Virus record (IMG/VR): IMGVR_UViG_3300018012_000099
Strand: one strand, 5' to 3'
Length of the DNA stretch: 64,000 nt
Source: a virus
Lineage: Duplodnaviria > Caudoviricetes
The notes below the pieces were generated by a model. It was not told the origin of the DNA. It searched no databases and worked only from the letters and a program-made list of their open reading frames with translations. The position numbers and the translations under genes were made by a program. Below are positions 1 to 12,100 of this stretch, one piece after another; the stretch's first letter is position 1; every line of letters starts with the position of its first letter.

Positions 1-1
1 T

Positions 2-1537
2 GGTGATATCAACGCCGCCACTTCTAATAATTTAGTGCCAGCTAAAACGGTTCAAGAGAGCAGATGTCACGCTTTCTTTCGTTTGATTGGTTTTCCAGTT
101 GTTAATAGCAATCAAAGTAAAATCTATAATCCCGGTCATGATATTATTTACGGTAGCCGTAGCATTTATTTAAAACAGAAAATATATATAGCCACTGATC
201 CTATTGCAGGTTTTGAGGCGCTGTCTGATTTTCGAGAGCAATATTTTCTAAACAACCTAAAGATTTTTTCTAATCCTACCACAGTAGATGCTGGGGCATT
301 ATCTTTGTCTGGTGGAGCTAATCCTGCCGGTAAGAGAACTTTTCATTCTCCATTTCTAAATAATACACAACCATTTGACGTTACTATTAAAAATCAAAGT
401 TATCCAGCTATTTACAATAGTATCGTGGGTGGCGGTAATCCAGGTGATGGTGGTAGCGGAGAGGTTCAACTTTCCGAATATCAGGATGCAGCCGGTAATA
501 CACCCGCTAATGCTACTTTGCCCCCTACCAAATATCATATCATTACTCCATTTATTGTAGATCCGCGTATTGACTTTACTTGTTCACCTTCTACCAATAG
601 AATTGGCGTTCCCTTCGTTCCTAATAGATCTTTTCTGCAAGTTTCTAGTAATGTATTTACAGTTCCTCCTTTGGTAGAAACTGTTATTAGAAATAGAATC
701 AGTGTAACTGATCAATTACAGAATACGGGGGACTATACCCAACAGTTTGCTAGTTTTGTTAAAAACATTAGTAATAATCCTAATCAATCTATTTTAGGAC
801 AAATCAATCAAAATGATATTCAACAGCTTTCTACTAATGCTCAGTTCTTGCAGTTTATTAATATTGTTCAGGCTATGTGTATCAAATTAGTGGAAGCCCA
901 GAAAATTATTAATAACGCGCAGGGTCAATATTATTGGTTGCCTATTCCATCTACCACTGGACCGGAAGGTGGAAGTACTGTACAAGGTGTATTTCTACCA
1001 GATAGAATTGCGTCTCAACTAGTAACTGTGGCAGATGGTCAGATTTTGATCAGTCTAGCTCAATCTTTGTTTAGCCAGACCAAACAAAATCCGCAAGCCT
1101 CTACTGCCAACGCTGTTCCAGATCCTGGCGGTTTAGCGGTGGTAGTACAAAATTCCTTAACGCCCAATTCCTCTTCTTCTTTCGTCAATAATGGCGTGGC
1201 TACCCTAGATATGCTGACCGCTAAAAGAAATGGTACCCTAACTCAAGCCGGAGACGCTCTGAGAATTGTAGAAATTATTATGGGAGAGTTCAGTGGGCTA
1301 GGGCTGTGTGACATTATTGCCGTTCTGGGGGCATTGTACACTATGCCCCCAGCCAATTTGCTCGGTTTCTTAGATACTGATGCTCTTAGTAGAATGAATG
1401 TACAGTTCAACCATACTTTCACTAGCCCAGGAATTCAAGTGGCCATGGGCTCTTTTATTGCAACTGTTAATCAATTCTATCAATTAATGGACGCCATTTA
1501 CAATAACGTTTTGACTACCCAGGGTATTTCGGTGTAA
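2..1537 (+). CDS. Hypothetical virion (tail/baseplate-associated) protein, 5'-truncated by the window edge
   Basis: The frame of the 35..1537 ORF is open back to base 2 (GDINAATSNNL-VPAKT...), so the true start is upstream. It is S/T/N/Q-rich and lies directly before the baseplate operon. No family motif recognised. Confidence 0.55.
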   Translation, partial: GDINAATSNNLVPAKTVQESRCHAFFRLIGFPVVNSNQSKIYNPGHDIIYGSRSIYLKQKIYIATDPIAGFEALSDFREQYFLNNLKIFSNPTTVDAGALSLSGGANPAGKRTFHSPFLNNTQPFDVTIKNQSYPAIYNSIVGGGNPGDGGSGEVQLSEYQDAAGNTPANATLPPTKYHIITPFIVDPRIDFTCSPSTNRIGVPFVPNRSFLQVSSNVFTVPPLVETVIRNRISVTDQLQNTGDYTQQFASFVKNISNNPNQSILGQINQNDIQQLSTNAQFLQFINIVQAMCIKLVEAQKIINNAQGQYYWLPIPSTTGPEGGSTVQGVFLPDRIASQLVTVADGQILISLAQSLFSQTKQNPQASTANAVPDPGGLAVVVQNSLTPNSSSSFVNNGVATLDMLTAKRNGTLTQAGDALRIVEIIMGEFSGLGLCDIIAVLGALYTMPPANLLGFLDTDALSRMNVQFNHTFTSPGIQVAMGSFIATVNQFYQLMDAIYNNVLTTQGISV

Positions 1538-1540
1538 CCC

Positions 1541-1556
1541 TAATATTCCGACATTA
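1541..1556 (+). promoter_or_regulatory. Candidate late promoter (YAATA-N5-RYATW class)
   Basis: TAATA ttccg ACATTA upstream of the baseplate operon; similar spaced motif at 34962, 38216, 42471, 43220, and on the - strand at 52580-52595 and 53589-53604. Confidence 0.45.
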
Positions 1557-1572
1557 TGGTGTGGAGAACTAG

Positions 1573-2004
1573 ATGTCATTTGATTTACGAATAATTAATG
1601 GAGATTTGGTTATTCAAAACGGTGACTTACGCACCGTGACAGACTCAGAAAAATTAATACAAGATATTCTGAAGATTTGTTTGACCAATGTTGGAGCTAA
1701 TCCCCTCAACCCTGGATACGGTTCTTTCTTATCAAGAACTATTATTGGTAATCCAATGTATACTTCTACCATTGTATCAATAGCCAAAACACAACTCACT
1801 ACTTGTTTAAATAATTTACAAACACTCCAACAAGCTCAAATAAAATCTAGACAAAGAATGACAGCAGATGAACAACTTGCAGCCATATCAGATATATCTG
1901 TAGTTAGAAGTACACTTGATCCTAGATTGTTCAATGTAACTATTAAGGGTATGACAAAAGGCTTTAAACCGATCACAACTGCTTTTCAAGTTTCTACTAT
2001 CTAA
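1573..2004 (+). CDS. Baseplate wedge subunit, gp25/GPW/XkdS-like
   Basis: 143 aa; DL-x-I-x-NGDL, EKLIQDILKICLT and NPLNPGYGS pattern typical of gp25-like wedge proteins. GGAG SD; directly precedes baseplate J. Confidence 0.8.
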   Translation: MSFDLRIINGDLVIQNGDLRTVTDSEKLIQDILKICLTNVGANPLNPGYGSFLSRTIIGNPMYTSTIVSIAKTQLTTCLNNLQTLQQAQIKSRQRMTADEQLAAISDISVVRSTLDPRLFNVTIKGMTKGFKPITTAFQVSTI

Positions 2005-2024
2005 AATCTAACCGGGAATGATTA

Positions 2025-5000
2025 ATGGTAACAATCAGAAGCGCCAATGAAATTATCTTAAGCTTGCTAGACTTTTTTAGATTAGCACAGCCCGATCTGG
2101 ACACTAAGCCCGGTACGGTAGCAAGGGATTTGTTCGTTGACGCACCCGCCAGTCAACTTTCCATTCTTTATGACCAGCTTTCTGGTGTGTCAGACAAGCA
2201 ATCATTTCGTTTGGTAACTGGTTCAGATTTGGATAAGCTAGCTAAAAACTTCGGTTTGACTCGAAAACAATCTACACCGTCTGCAGGTGTAGCTCTGATG
2301 ACTTTTGCCTCTATTCCCGCTACCATCAATATCAATAAAGGCGATATCGTTACCTCTAACAGTGGGTTGTCCTTTACAGTCACCGTAGGTGTGTCTGTTA
2401 CTCCTAACGCCCTTAATTTTTATCGCTCTGTAGCCACTAAGTTTGCTAATCAGTTAGCCTTCGTCGGTATTGTCGATCAGTATGCTGTCGAAGTGACTGT
2501 TACCGCTACTTCTCCTGGTTCACAGGGCAATATTGGTCCCTATGCCTTAAACAAAGCAACCACGACTGGCGTTTCTAATGTCACCAATATTTTGTCATTT
2601 CAGGGCGGTACTGATCAAGAAACTGACTCCGCCTTTAGAAACCGTGTTCTGTCTGCTTTTAGTGGCGCTTCAGTTGGTACTACCTTAGGTTATTTGAACA
2701 CTGCCCTAGCGACCACGGGCACTTTAGATGCCGTGGTAATTGGACCAGGCAGCCCACTGATGACACGTGATGGAACGGTGACTACCACTGCTCCAGACGG
2801 AACTATTACTATTGTATCAGAAGGTTCGGGAGGTAAGGTAGATATTTATGTGTTAGGCAACGTTTTGGTACAAAATTCCGACAGTTTTATCTATCAAGAT
2901 AAAAGTAATAACAACGATCCAGCTAGTCCAGCTAATAATTTTGTTTTGGGTCAGATTCCGGGGCAAAGTAATTTTACCGTTACTCAAAAACGTGTTACTG
3001 ATATTGCTGCGGGCACTCTACCCTCTCAACCAGTCTCTTCTCTTCTTTCTGTCAATGGTTCTCAGAGTGGATCTAACTTCGTCCTGCAGACTACTGACGG
3101 TTATGGTCTAACTTCTGGTAACTATAAGCTGATCAAGGATACAGGCGCCTATGCTGGAAGTCCTTTTGGTTTTGATACTTTTGCTTGGACTGACGATAGA
3201 ATTAGAAACTTTCAAGATGGTTTGGTTAAGGGGCAGCCAAACGGTCAAGATGCGGCTACTTTTACCGGATTAACCGAAATCCACGATGTTCAACAAAATC
3301 TTTCTATTACCAACGAGAATAGTACTGTCACCAACGATCGTACCATTATTCAGTTAATACACACTCCAGCTTCCAACGTTACTAGGGTGTTTAACGTCAA
3401 TACAGGTGAACGATACATCATTACCAATCAGAATTTGGATAATACCTCACCATTTAACAATACAGGCAGAATTCAGATTTCAGGTAACACCCTTCCGTCT
3501 CCCAGCGATGTCTTGCAAGTAGATTATACTTGGATAGTAGATTTCGATCAATACTCCGATTTCGATGGATTAGTGGATACACAAAATATTCGTCCAGTCA
3601 CTGATAGTGTGGACTGGGGCTATTCTTCTGAGGTAAAGAATGAATTGGTTACTTTTACTACCACAGCTGGTGGCAACTCTTTTATTGGTATTACTAGTGA
3701 GCCCATAGCTGTTATTGTATCGGCTAGCACTTTTTTGCAAGTAGATGGATATATTCAGAGGGTTACTACAGGTATTTTTATTAATCGCCTGTCAGTAGCG
3801 GTTAATAATTTAGCTATTCCAACCGCTTCCGTTGATTCTATTACTTGGAAAAACTCTAATGCTGAATTGTACAATACAGCCCAAAATAATGGAGTGTTTT
3901 CTAATACAATTTCAGTAGTGGGTATTAGTATTTTATACGATACTACTATCATCCTTCCATCTGATACAGTGGCATCAGTGGGAGATAGGGTTACTGTCTA
4001 TATAAATACTACTAATGTATTTCAGTCTGGATCTGTCCAAGGTAGCTCTAGTGGTACACAGGTGACTATACCTGCTTCGTTAATTAATACTACTGCTACT
4101 GCTATCAATCTTAAAGTTTCCTATATTACCAACATCTCAGATTTATTCTCTTCGGCTATGACTACGTTACCAGCTAGCAGAATTGGTAATGGATATATTT
4201 TAAATGATAACAATGGTTTTAATAATTTTAGTGTAGTAAATGTTTCTAGAAGAGAAAATCAGTTAGTTCAACAGAATCTAAGCAATCAGTTCTTCGTTGA
4301 ATTGAATTTACCAACCAACGCTTATAATTTAGTTCCGAGCGATATCTTAACTGTCTTAAAACTTAAAGATGGTTTAGAATTATGGAATCCAGACCATCAA
4401 GGTACTGTAACCAATGGTCAAGACGGTAATTATCAACTAATTTTAGACGGTTACAATACACCGGTTATAAGTGATAGAGTACTGGTTATTTATTATGCTT
4501 TAGATCAAAATAGATTTCAACCATTTACTTTCGATAATGAGATTATTAAGACACATATTGATAATTTGACCTTCGATACTGTATCTCAAGCTTTCACAAT
4601 ACCTCTAGTTGAATTTACTGCTCAAGCCGGCGAGCTTAATTTTACAGTAATAGATATTAACGACAATGTTACTTTTTTTGACATTACGGATGGTTATTTG
4701 CTTCTTAATGGTCCAGATCAAGCTATTATTAGCAGTCCTACCGTTAACTTCAGTAATATGCCAGATCTTCTTAATAAAAGAGTTAAGATTACTGGAGCCG
4801 CTACCGTTAATAATAATGGCTACTATGATATTATAGGATATAATCCAAATACTAACGATATCGTTATTACTAATGTATTAAGCAAAATAACTAAAGATCA
4901 AGTTTGTGTGGTTCGTGTATTGGACGGACAAGAGTTGTGGAATTATTCTGGTACTATTGATTTGGCTAATAATATATTGATTATTCCTAATACACCGAAC

Positions 5001-6128
5001 GCTGCGGCAGGTGATTTAGTCTATGTTATGTTCTTCAATTTCCAGAATATTCGACACTCTCCGACTAAACTTATCTCCACTACTCAAGATCAAACAATCA
5101 ATACTGGTACTCTAGCTATTAATGGTGCTACAATAGGTATTGTTAAGGATGTAGTTTTAATTTCTACCAGTACTGGTTTGAGAGTTAACTTACAAGAAGC
5201 TCTACAAAAATCATTAGGTTTAAACTCAAGCAATACTATTCCTACCAACATACAAATCATTAAATTAATTAAGATGTCTAAAGTAATCACGGTTAGTCCA
5301 ACCAATGATGAAGTATTAGAAACTATATCTACCTATGATATAAAAAATACCACGATTGCCAATAATTTATTTTTTACTGATCAAATGTTACAAGATACTA
5401 CGTTAGCTAACTTAGAATGTGTATTACCCAATACTACTACTAATAATAGCATGACTGGTGCTACTAACAATTTACCTACTTTAGGAGACTCTCTACAGGT
5501 AACGTTTTACTATATTACTAATGGGAATACAGAAAATTTATCTTATACTAGAAATGGATCGTTATATACTAACAACAGGTTTATTCTAATCAATAGAATA
5601 TATGCTTCTAGTGGATTTACCGCCTCACAAGCTACTAAGTTAACTACAACCTCCTACACACAACCAACACTAGGTGCTAAGTATAATGCTTTTTATGATT
5701 ATTTAGCGCCCAAACAAAACGAAAGAATAGTAATTTCCTACGATTTTAACCAATTGGTAGGTAATGTTACGTTTAGTGTAGAAAATGCTAGACCAATTAA
5801 TGCTGATGTGCTAGTTAAGCAGGCTCCGTTGGTATTATTGGATTTGACCATGAATGTAGTTATTTCTAGTAATTTTCTCACTTCTAGCACCACGGTTCTG
5901 CAAAATCTGCGAAACGCATTATTAGCCGCTCTAACTACTACACAATTAGGGCAGACTATTGATCAGATTACACTAATCAATGTGGCTCAAGGAATTCAGG
6001 GCATAGCCAGAGCTAGAATACTTTATTTCAACAAGACTGGCGCTATCGGTCAAGTTCTCAGTATCACGGCTCAGAAAAATCAATACTTTAATCCAAACAA
6101 CCTTCTCATAAACACTGAATCGATATGA
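2025..6128 (+). CDS. Baseplate J-like (gp6/XkdT) wedge protein with a large internal insertion
   Basis: N-terminus has DTKPGTVARDLFVD, GSDLDKLAKNFGLTRK, GGTDQETDSAFRNR and GGKVDIYV. C-terminus has ENARPINADVLVK...QGIQGIARARI. About 900 extra beta-rich residues lie in between. Confidence 0.85.
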   Translation: MVTIRSANEIILSLLDFFRLAQPDLDTKPGTVARDLFVDAPASQLSILYDQLSGVSDKQSFRLVTGSDLDKLAKNFGLTRKQSTPSAGVALMTFASIPATININKGDIVTSNSGLSFTVTVGVSVTPNALNFYRSVATKFANQLAFVGIVDQYAVEVTVTATSPGSQGNIGPYALNKATTTGVSNVTNILSFQGGTDQETDSAFRNRVLSAFSGASVGTTLGYLNTALATTGTLDAVVIGPGSPLMTRDGTVTTTAPDGTITIVSEGSGGKVDIYVLGNVLVQNSDSFIYQDKSNNNDPASPANNFVLGQIPGQSNFTVTQKRVTDIAAGTLPSQPVSSLLSVNGSQSGSNFVLQTTDGYGLTSGNYKLIKDTGAYAGSPFGFDTFAWTDDRIRNFQDGLVKGQPNGQDAATFTGLTEIHDVQQNLSITNENSTVTNDRTIIQLIHTPASNVTRVFNVNTGERYIITNQNLDNTSPFNNTGRIQISGNTLPSPSDVLQVDYTWIVDFDQYSDFDGLVDTQNIRPVTDSVDWGYSSEVKNELVTFTTTAGGNSFIGITSEPIAVIVSASTFLQVDGYIQRVTTGIFINRLSVAVNNLAIPTASVDSITWKNSNAELYNTAQNNGVFSNTISVVGISILYDTTIILPSDTVASVGDRVTVYINTTNVFQSGSVQGSSSGTQVTIPASLINTTATAINLKVSYITNISDLFSSAMTTLPASRIGNGYILNDNNGFNNFSVVNVSRRENQLVQQNLSNQFFVELNLPTNAYNLVPSDILTVLKLKDGLELWNPDHQGTVTNGQDGNYQLILDGYNTPVISDRVLVIYYALDQNRFQPFTFDNEIIKTHIDNLTFDTVSQAFTIPLVEFTAQAGELNFTVIDINDNVTFFDITDGYLLLNGPDQAIISSPTVNFSNMPDLLNKRVKITGAATVNNNGYYDIIGYNPNTNDIVITNVLSKITKDQVCVVRVLDGQELWNYSGTIDLANNILIIPNTPNAAAGDLVYVMFFNFQNIRHSPTKLISTTQDQTINTGTLAINGATIGIVKDVVLISTSTGLRVNLQEALQKSLGLNSSNTIPTNIQIIKLIKMSKVITVSPTNDEVLETISTYDIKNTTIANNLFFTDQMLQDTTLANLECVLPNTTTNNSMTGATNNLPTLGDSLQVTFYYITNGNTENLSYTRNGSLYTNNRFILINRIYASSGFTASQATKLTTTSYTQPTLGAKYNAFYDYLAPKQNERIVISYDFNQLVGNVTFSVENARPINADVLVKQAPLVLLDLTMNVVISSNFLTSSTTVLQNLRNALLAALTTTQLGQTIDQITLINVAQGIQGIARARILYFNKTGAIGQVLSITAQKNQYFNPNNLLINTESI

Positions 6129-9100
6129 CGACCACCAATCTTCGAATCGTTAATGTACAGGTTATTAGCAGCACAGAGATTCAAGCTACTTTCACCGAAA
6201 ATCTGACACCTAATCTCACCACAGCTAACGTTTCCATTATCTCTACCACCAATGATATACCTAATTCAGAGGTGTTATCTGTCAGTGTATCCGCTGCTAT
6301 CCTTACTGTTTCTTGTCAGCCGTTGACCCCATTTGCTACTTATTATATCAAATTTGTCTCTACACCACAACATCTTTTCGAATCAATCAATGGTGATGCG
6401 GTAATTTTGCAGGATGGTGTTTCTAATCAATTTTTGATTACCGGACCTATTGATCCAGATAATCCAGTAAAAGATTATCTGGTTAATTTTTTCAATGGCA
6501 ATATCTACGATACTGATGTTGAAACTTCTGTTATTTCACAGTATATTAATTCTCTTGCTATTAATTTGGCTCGTGCTTTACACGATATTCGACAAATACA
6601 AAATGAGAATTATCTCTCTTTCACCGTAGTGGACGAACAGCAATTTAGAAGCGAGGGACCGTACGATAGATTGTATGAAGAAGGTGCTTATGAAGTATTA
6701 CGTGTTGGATTAGGACCAACCGATGCTCAAGCTACTATTACTCTGACTTTCGATGATTTTCCGAGTTTTCCAGTTACCCTACAGCAGCAAGAGAATGTAG
6801 AAACACCCACCGTTTCTTCTAGTAATCAGGCTGGAACTTTTAATATTGATACTTTGACATTTAACTTGAATAACTCGCCTGTTACTCAGGTAACTAATAT
6901 TGTATTCACTTTAGGAACTGCTAATCCCATTTACACTTACAATATTGAGTTACTAGGATATCAGATCAACAACTCTAGATACGACCAGAATTTCGCTTCT
7001 AGCTATGCTACTTTAAGTACTAATCAGGTTAGATTAAATACTCAGATTCTGAATGATCCATTGTTTGATATTAATCAAATCATCCACATTCAAATTAACT
7101 ACCAAAGCAAAGATTTAGGTCGTGTCATTAGTGCTAGTAATATTGATATTTTTACGACACTCACTTCTATTAGGGAAGTATTGCCGCCAATTGAAAATGT
7201 TTTTACTCTTCAACATGCTCCGATTACTGATAGCAGTAACAACATCCCGCTACTTGGCGGTGTGCTTTTCTTAGATCCCAACTCTAATACTGGGTCTCTG
7301 CATCCTGCCTTTCTAGTAGAAATTCCATTTCGTCTTAGTGCGCTTCCATATGCTCCAGGGCAATACTCTATTGATTATACTACTGGCACCGTTTACGTCT
7401 ATGGCGCTACTTTGGAAAATGATGGTACCGGACCTTCGCCACCGCTGGCAACTTACGATTATCGTTTTACTTATGTTTCCGAAACGGATTATGTCTACGA
7501 TGTAGACCTGTTGGATTTAGTAGCTTTGCCATTGGGCAATCTAATCAAAAATGCTGGTGTAATTACTTTACTATATGAAGAAGTATTAATTCCGGATACT
7601 GACTATGTCGCTGATACCCATATTGAGTCCTTGACGGAGCGCGTACAAAACCGTTTAGTAGCTTTGAATTCGGTGACGACACTCAACTCTCCTATCACTA
7701 ACGTTTTCCAAATTTTCAATGAAACTTCCGGCGAAATCTATACACTAGATCGTTGGACTCGTAATAACCAAATATATTTTCAGTACACCACTCCTCCACG
7801 CGTTCTGCAACAAGTAGGAGAAAGGGCTACTTTCCAAACAGTCTCTAATGAATTGTTGTTTATTAATAGTATTTCTACCAATACTAATTCGGTTAGAGTA
7901 TTCACTATCTTCCTAGCTAATAACACCATTGTAGATGGTACAGAAGATGGTACTGGTTCCTCAATCAACTCCAGTATGAGTTTCAGTAATGGCAATATTT
8001 TTGTGGTCGAGAGATGGTATAATCAAGAGTTTAATGCCACTTTCAACTTTAATAGATTATCTAATCCAGGTGAATACACGGTGGATTATGTTAACGGCAT
8101 AATATATCTGGCTGTTTCCGCTACACAAAGCAATAACGTGGGTGCAGTTACTTATAAGATGGATGTCATTGATCCAAATTTTCCACACGTTTTAAGTGTA
8201 GATGATATTTACTACCGCGTAAGCCCACTAGCTCCTAAGAACAAGCAGTTTGCTTATCTCAGCTTTGGTGATAGTCACATCATTCCAGACAAGCCGGATC
8301 CTTCTGATGAGGCTTTCCTTAATGGTTTCGTGGGTGCACCTTATCAGCTATTCAATAATCAAGTAGGAACTTTTGTCAGCAGCAGTTTCTTACCTGGCGT
8401 GACCAATCAAGTTAAGTTTGTTAGGGGCGTGTTTGAATACCAAGACTTATTGAATAATACTAATCCGATCAATTTTGCTTCTGCTAGTGTTGGTGGCAAT
8501 TTTAATATTACTGTCAATAGTCTAATGGGTCAAGCGTTCGATTCGGTCCAATTTGACGGCACACATTACTATGTTTTGTTCAATCAAAATATTCCATACC
8601 TATCTACAGATATTTTATTTGACTTTACTATCACTAGAGTGTCTGATGGCTATTCTCTGTGGGACGCTACACATGTCGGCACTATCGTTTCTGGTGATCC
8701 AGTTAAACTTGTACTGACTGGTTTTAATTCCCCACATACGGGAGATTTAGTTAGTGTCACTTACTCTTTCACTATTCTGCCACTATCTCGCGTGATTGTC
8801 GATTACAATAAGGGAGATTACTTTGTCGACTATACTTACTTGGCTGATGAATTAATTATTAGTTATGAGTATGGTGACAACGTAATCGATTTCCGTCAAA
8901 GTAACAAAGTAAGCCCTGGTACACCATATTATGTCACTTATCGTGCCGGTGCTCTCAGGGACGCTTTAGTCAAGAACTTCGGTTCTTTAGTTAACTTGCC
9001 AGAATTAGCTTCTCTGGACGTTAATTTCCCACGTGAAAGATATCGCGATGCCCTGATGGCAGCCCTCTCCTCCTTCTTACAAGGACCTACGGTTGCAGCC

Positions 9101-12100
9101 ATCAAAAACATTGGTCAGATTATTTCTCACACGGAGCCACAAGTCATCGAATCTGCTTTTCAAACCTGGTCTTTGGGTCAAGGTTTGTTATTCCCACAAT
9201 CTATTGATACTACTGGAGCCTTCCAGCTCTTACCGGCCCACTTTGGTAACGGTGTGTTGGTAAATCAACCTAATCAAACTATTACTATGCCGGCTAACTC
9301 TAATATCAGGTTGGAAGAGGGCACTTTCGAACAATGGATTGTTCCACAATGGGATGGTTTGGATAATGATGCTGCTCTAACTTTTAATATTACTAGAGAT
9401 GGATATCCTATTAATCCTTATCGTGTTTTCATTGGGGCTTCAGAATATCATCCAATCATTACCAACAGCACTTTTATTCTAACTAAAGAATCTAACGTTA
9501 CCGGTCTACCTAACACCAACAAGGACGGTGTCTTTATTTGGTATGGTAAAGATATTTCTGGAAATTTCAATCGATGGTATCTAGAAATTATTGACGGGTA
9601 CGTTCAACCAGTAGCTCCGGTTTACAAAATCAAGATTACCTCGACAGGTAAATTCTACGACGCTAAAGCATTCAACCTACCATCCCCGTCCAATGCCGTT
9701 ATCTTTACTGGATTAAGCGCCTTGAACGTGACCATCACGACAAATGGCACTCCTATTGAAGAGGGTGTTACCTTTCTGTCTGATGTGGAACATTACTTTC
9801 TAGACGTAGGACGTAAGAAAGATCGTAGTCGTTTGTCTGTTTTCAAGGATGCCAGTGGATATATGAATTTCCGAACCTGGGATAACACAGGTATTATGTA
9901 CTCCATCAGTGCTGATGTGTCTTCTTGGAAAGCTGGGCAAGTTCACCAGATAGCTGCTTCTTGGAAACTAAGCACCCGCAATGAAAGAGATGAAATGCAT
10001 CTCTTCTTGGATGGATTAGAAGTTCCAAATATCATCAAGTATAGTCAAAAACTACAGCCATATTTACATGAGAAGTTTAGAACTATCAATCCAGAAGAAA
10101 TTGCAGGATTATCTAATAGGGATATCGTTGGATCGGATGATTTGACCACGATTGCCGGCACTAATAGCGTTAGCTCTAGCATTAACTTTAGCCAATTCAA
10201 TATTTTCTTAGGTGATACCATTATTATCAATGAAATAGGTTTCTCCTCTATTGGTTATCAAATTGCTAGTATCAATGGTCAAACGCTTACCCTTAATGGA
10301 ATCATGCCACTATCATTGAAGGGAGACGGTAGATTCTCGATTAATGAGACTTCTTTCTTAATCACCTCCGATATCAATGTAGCCCCCAACACTACTGTTA
10401 GTACCATTCACACCTTCGTGACCGGTAATGATCTGATTACTACCATGAATTCTAACGTAGTTACTTCACCAGGCACTAATTTCACTACTAAAGGAGTACA
10501 GCCTGGTTATCTTTTAAGGATAGATAGTAACTCTCCAGTATTGGTTTATAGTATAGTACAAGTTTCTGGTCATTCGTTGACTATTACCGATCCTTTTCCT
10601 GTCAACCAAACTAATATCAATTTCCAAGTTTACTCTAATACCGAAAATGAGCTACCAGGCGTTCGTGCCCTTCACCCAGATTATGCCATCAGCGAAAATA
10701 GTAGTTTCCAGAATGTACTAACTATCTTTAATGGTATTTTTGCTAATGATTTGATTTTAGTTAGAACTCTAGGTCTCAATCATCGAGATATTAAGAAGCA
10801 GTACTATATTTGGAGCACTCAAAAAGAAAATATCATTATGACTCAGCTTCCCCCTCCTATTTCTTTGGATGAGGCCGATGTCACTAAGATCATTACTCCA
10901 GTCACAGCTATCGGTCCCAACAACTCTACTTTAGTGGGAGGAGTTTTCCACTCCAACTTAATACCTACTGCTCATCCAACTAACGCTCAGGTTGGAAGAA
11001 CCATTCAGGTTACTATCGCCGGTACTAACACTGATTTCTCTACTCCAGTTCAAGTGCTGCTAAATGGTGTGGTCGGAATCAATATTGTCACTGAAACCGT
11101 CACTTTTACTAACTATGGTACTTTAGATTTTGCCAACGGTTTTACCTCCTTGAATTGGGTAATGGTAATAGCTAAACCAATTAATTCCGCTAAAGCCGCT
11201 CTAACCGTAGAGTTAAGAGAAAAGTATCCAATGACCCATAGTGAGTTTAGTGGTTTAGCCCCAGTAATTAGGTATAGCTATCACATCACTGGAGGCTATA
11301 CTCTGTACGCCGACGGATATGACCAATGGGTAACAGACGGCTATAATCTATTTAGCGATTTAGATATCGGTAACTACTTGGTCATCCACTCTCCTGCGGT
11401 AGTGGATGGATATTCTGTTGCAGGATTCTATATCATTACTGGTCTATCAGTCGATAGACACTCTATTAGTATTAGACCAACCTATGCTTCTGGTCCCGTT
11501 CCTCTCCCTCCATTTACCGGAGGTGTTTATGAGGTGCTAGACACCACCCAATATCGTAGTGGTTTGCAGAATGGATTCTTTACCTTCGAAGTTGGGTTGT
11601 TGCCAGGCGAAGCTTTCTTCCTTAGTACGGGCTTCTATGAATTTGATTACTCCACCTATGCCAGAATCAAATTTGATCCACTCAATGTACCAATCTATTT
11701 TGGTAGCGATATGTTTGGTGGCAATCAAGCTAATTCTATCTTAGATCAAACCATTTTATATTCAGTTATGTTAACTGATACGAGAGTTGGTGAAGTGGTA
11801 GCTGCCAATCAGCGTTCTATTACCAAGGATTATAACTCTCTCATTCCAATTACTTCAAACCAACAGACCTTGGTACTAATTACTTTCGATAACTTTCCAT
11901 TCACTAACAGTGCTCTAGTATATGTCAATACCGATACCGATAGAATTCATTTTCAGTCCAACTGGGCAGTCAATGATAATTTCAATCAAAGTATAGTTAT
12001 TTTAGATAAGCCTATTTTGGTTCCTAATACAGGTATCTTGGATACTCGTAAGCAAGGAACTGTCGAATTCTGGATCAGTCCTCTATTCGACACGGCTAAT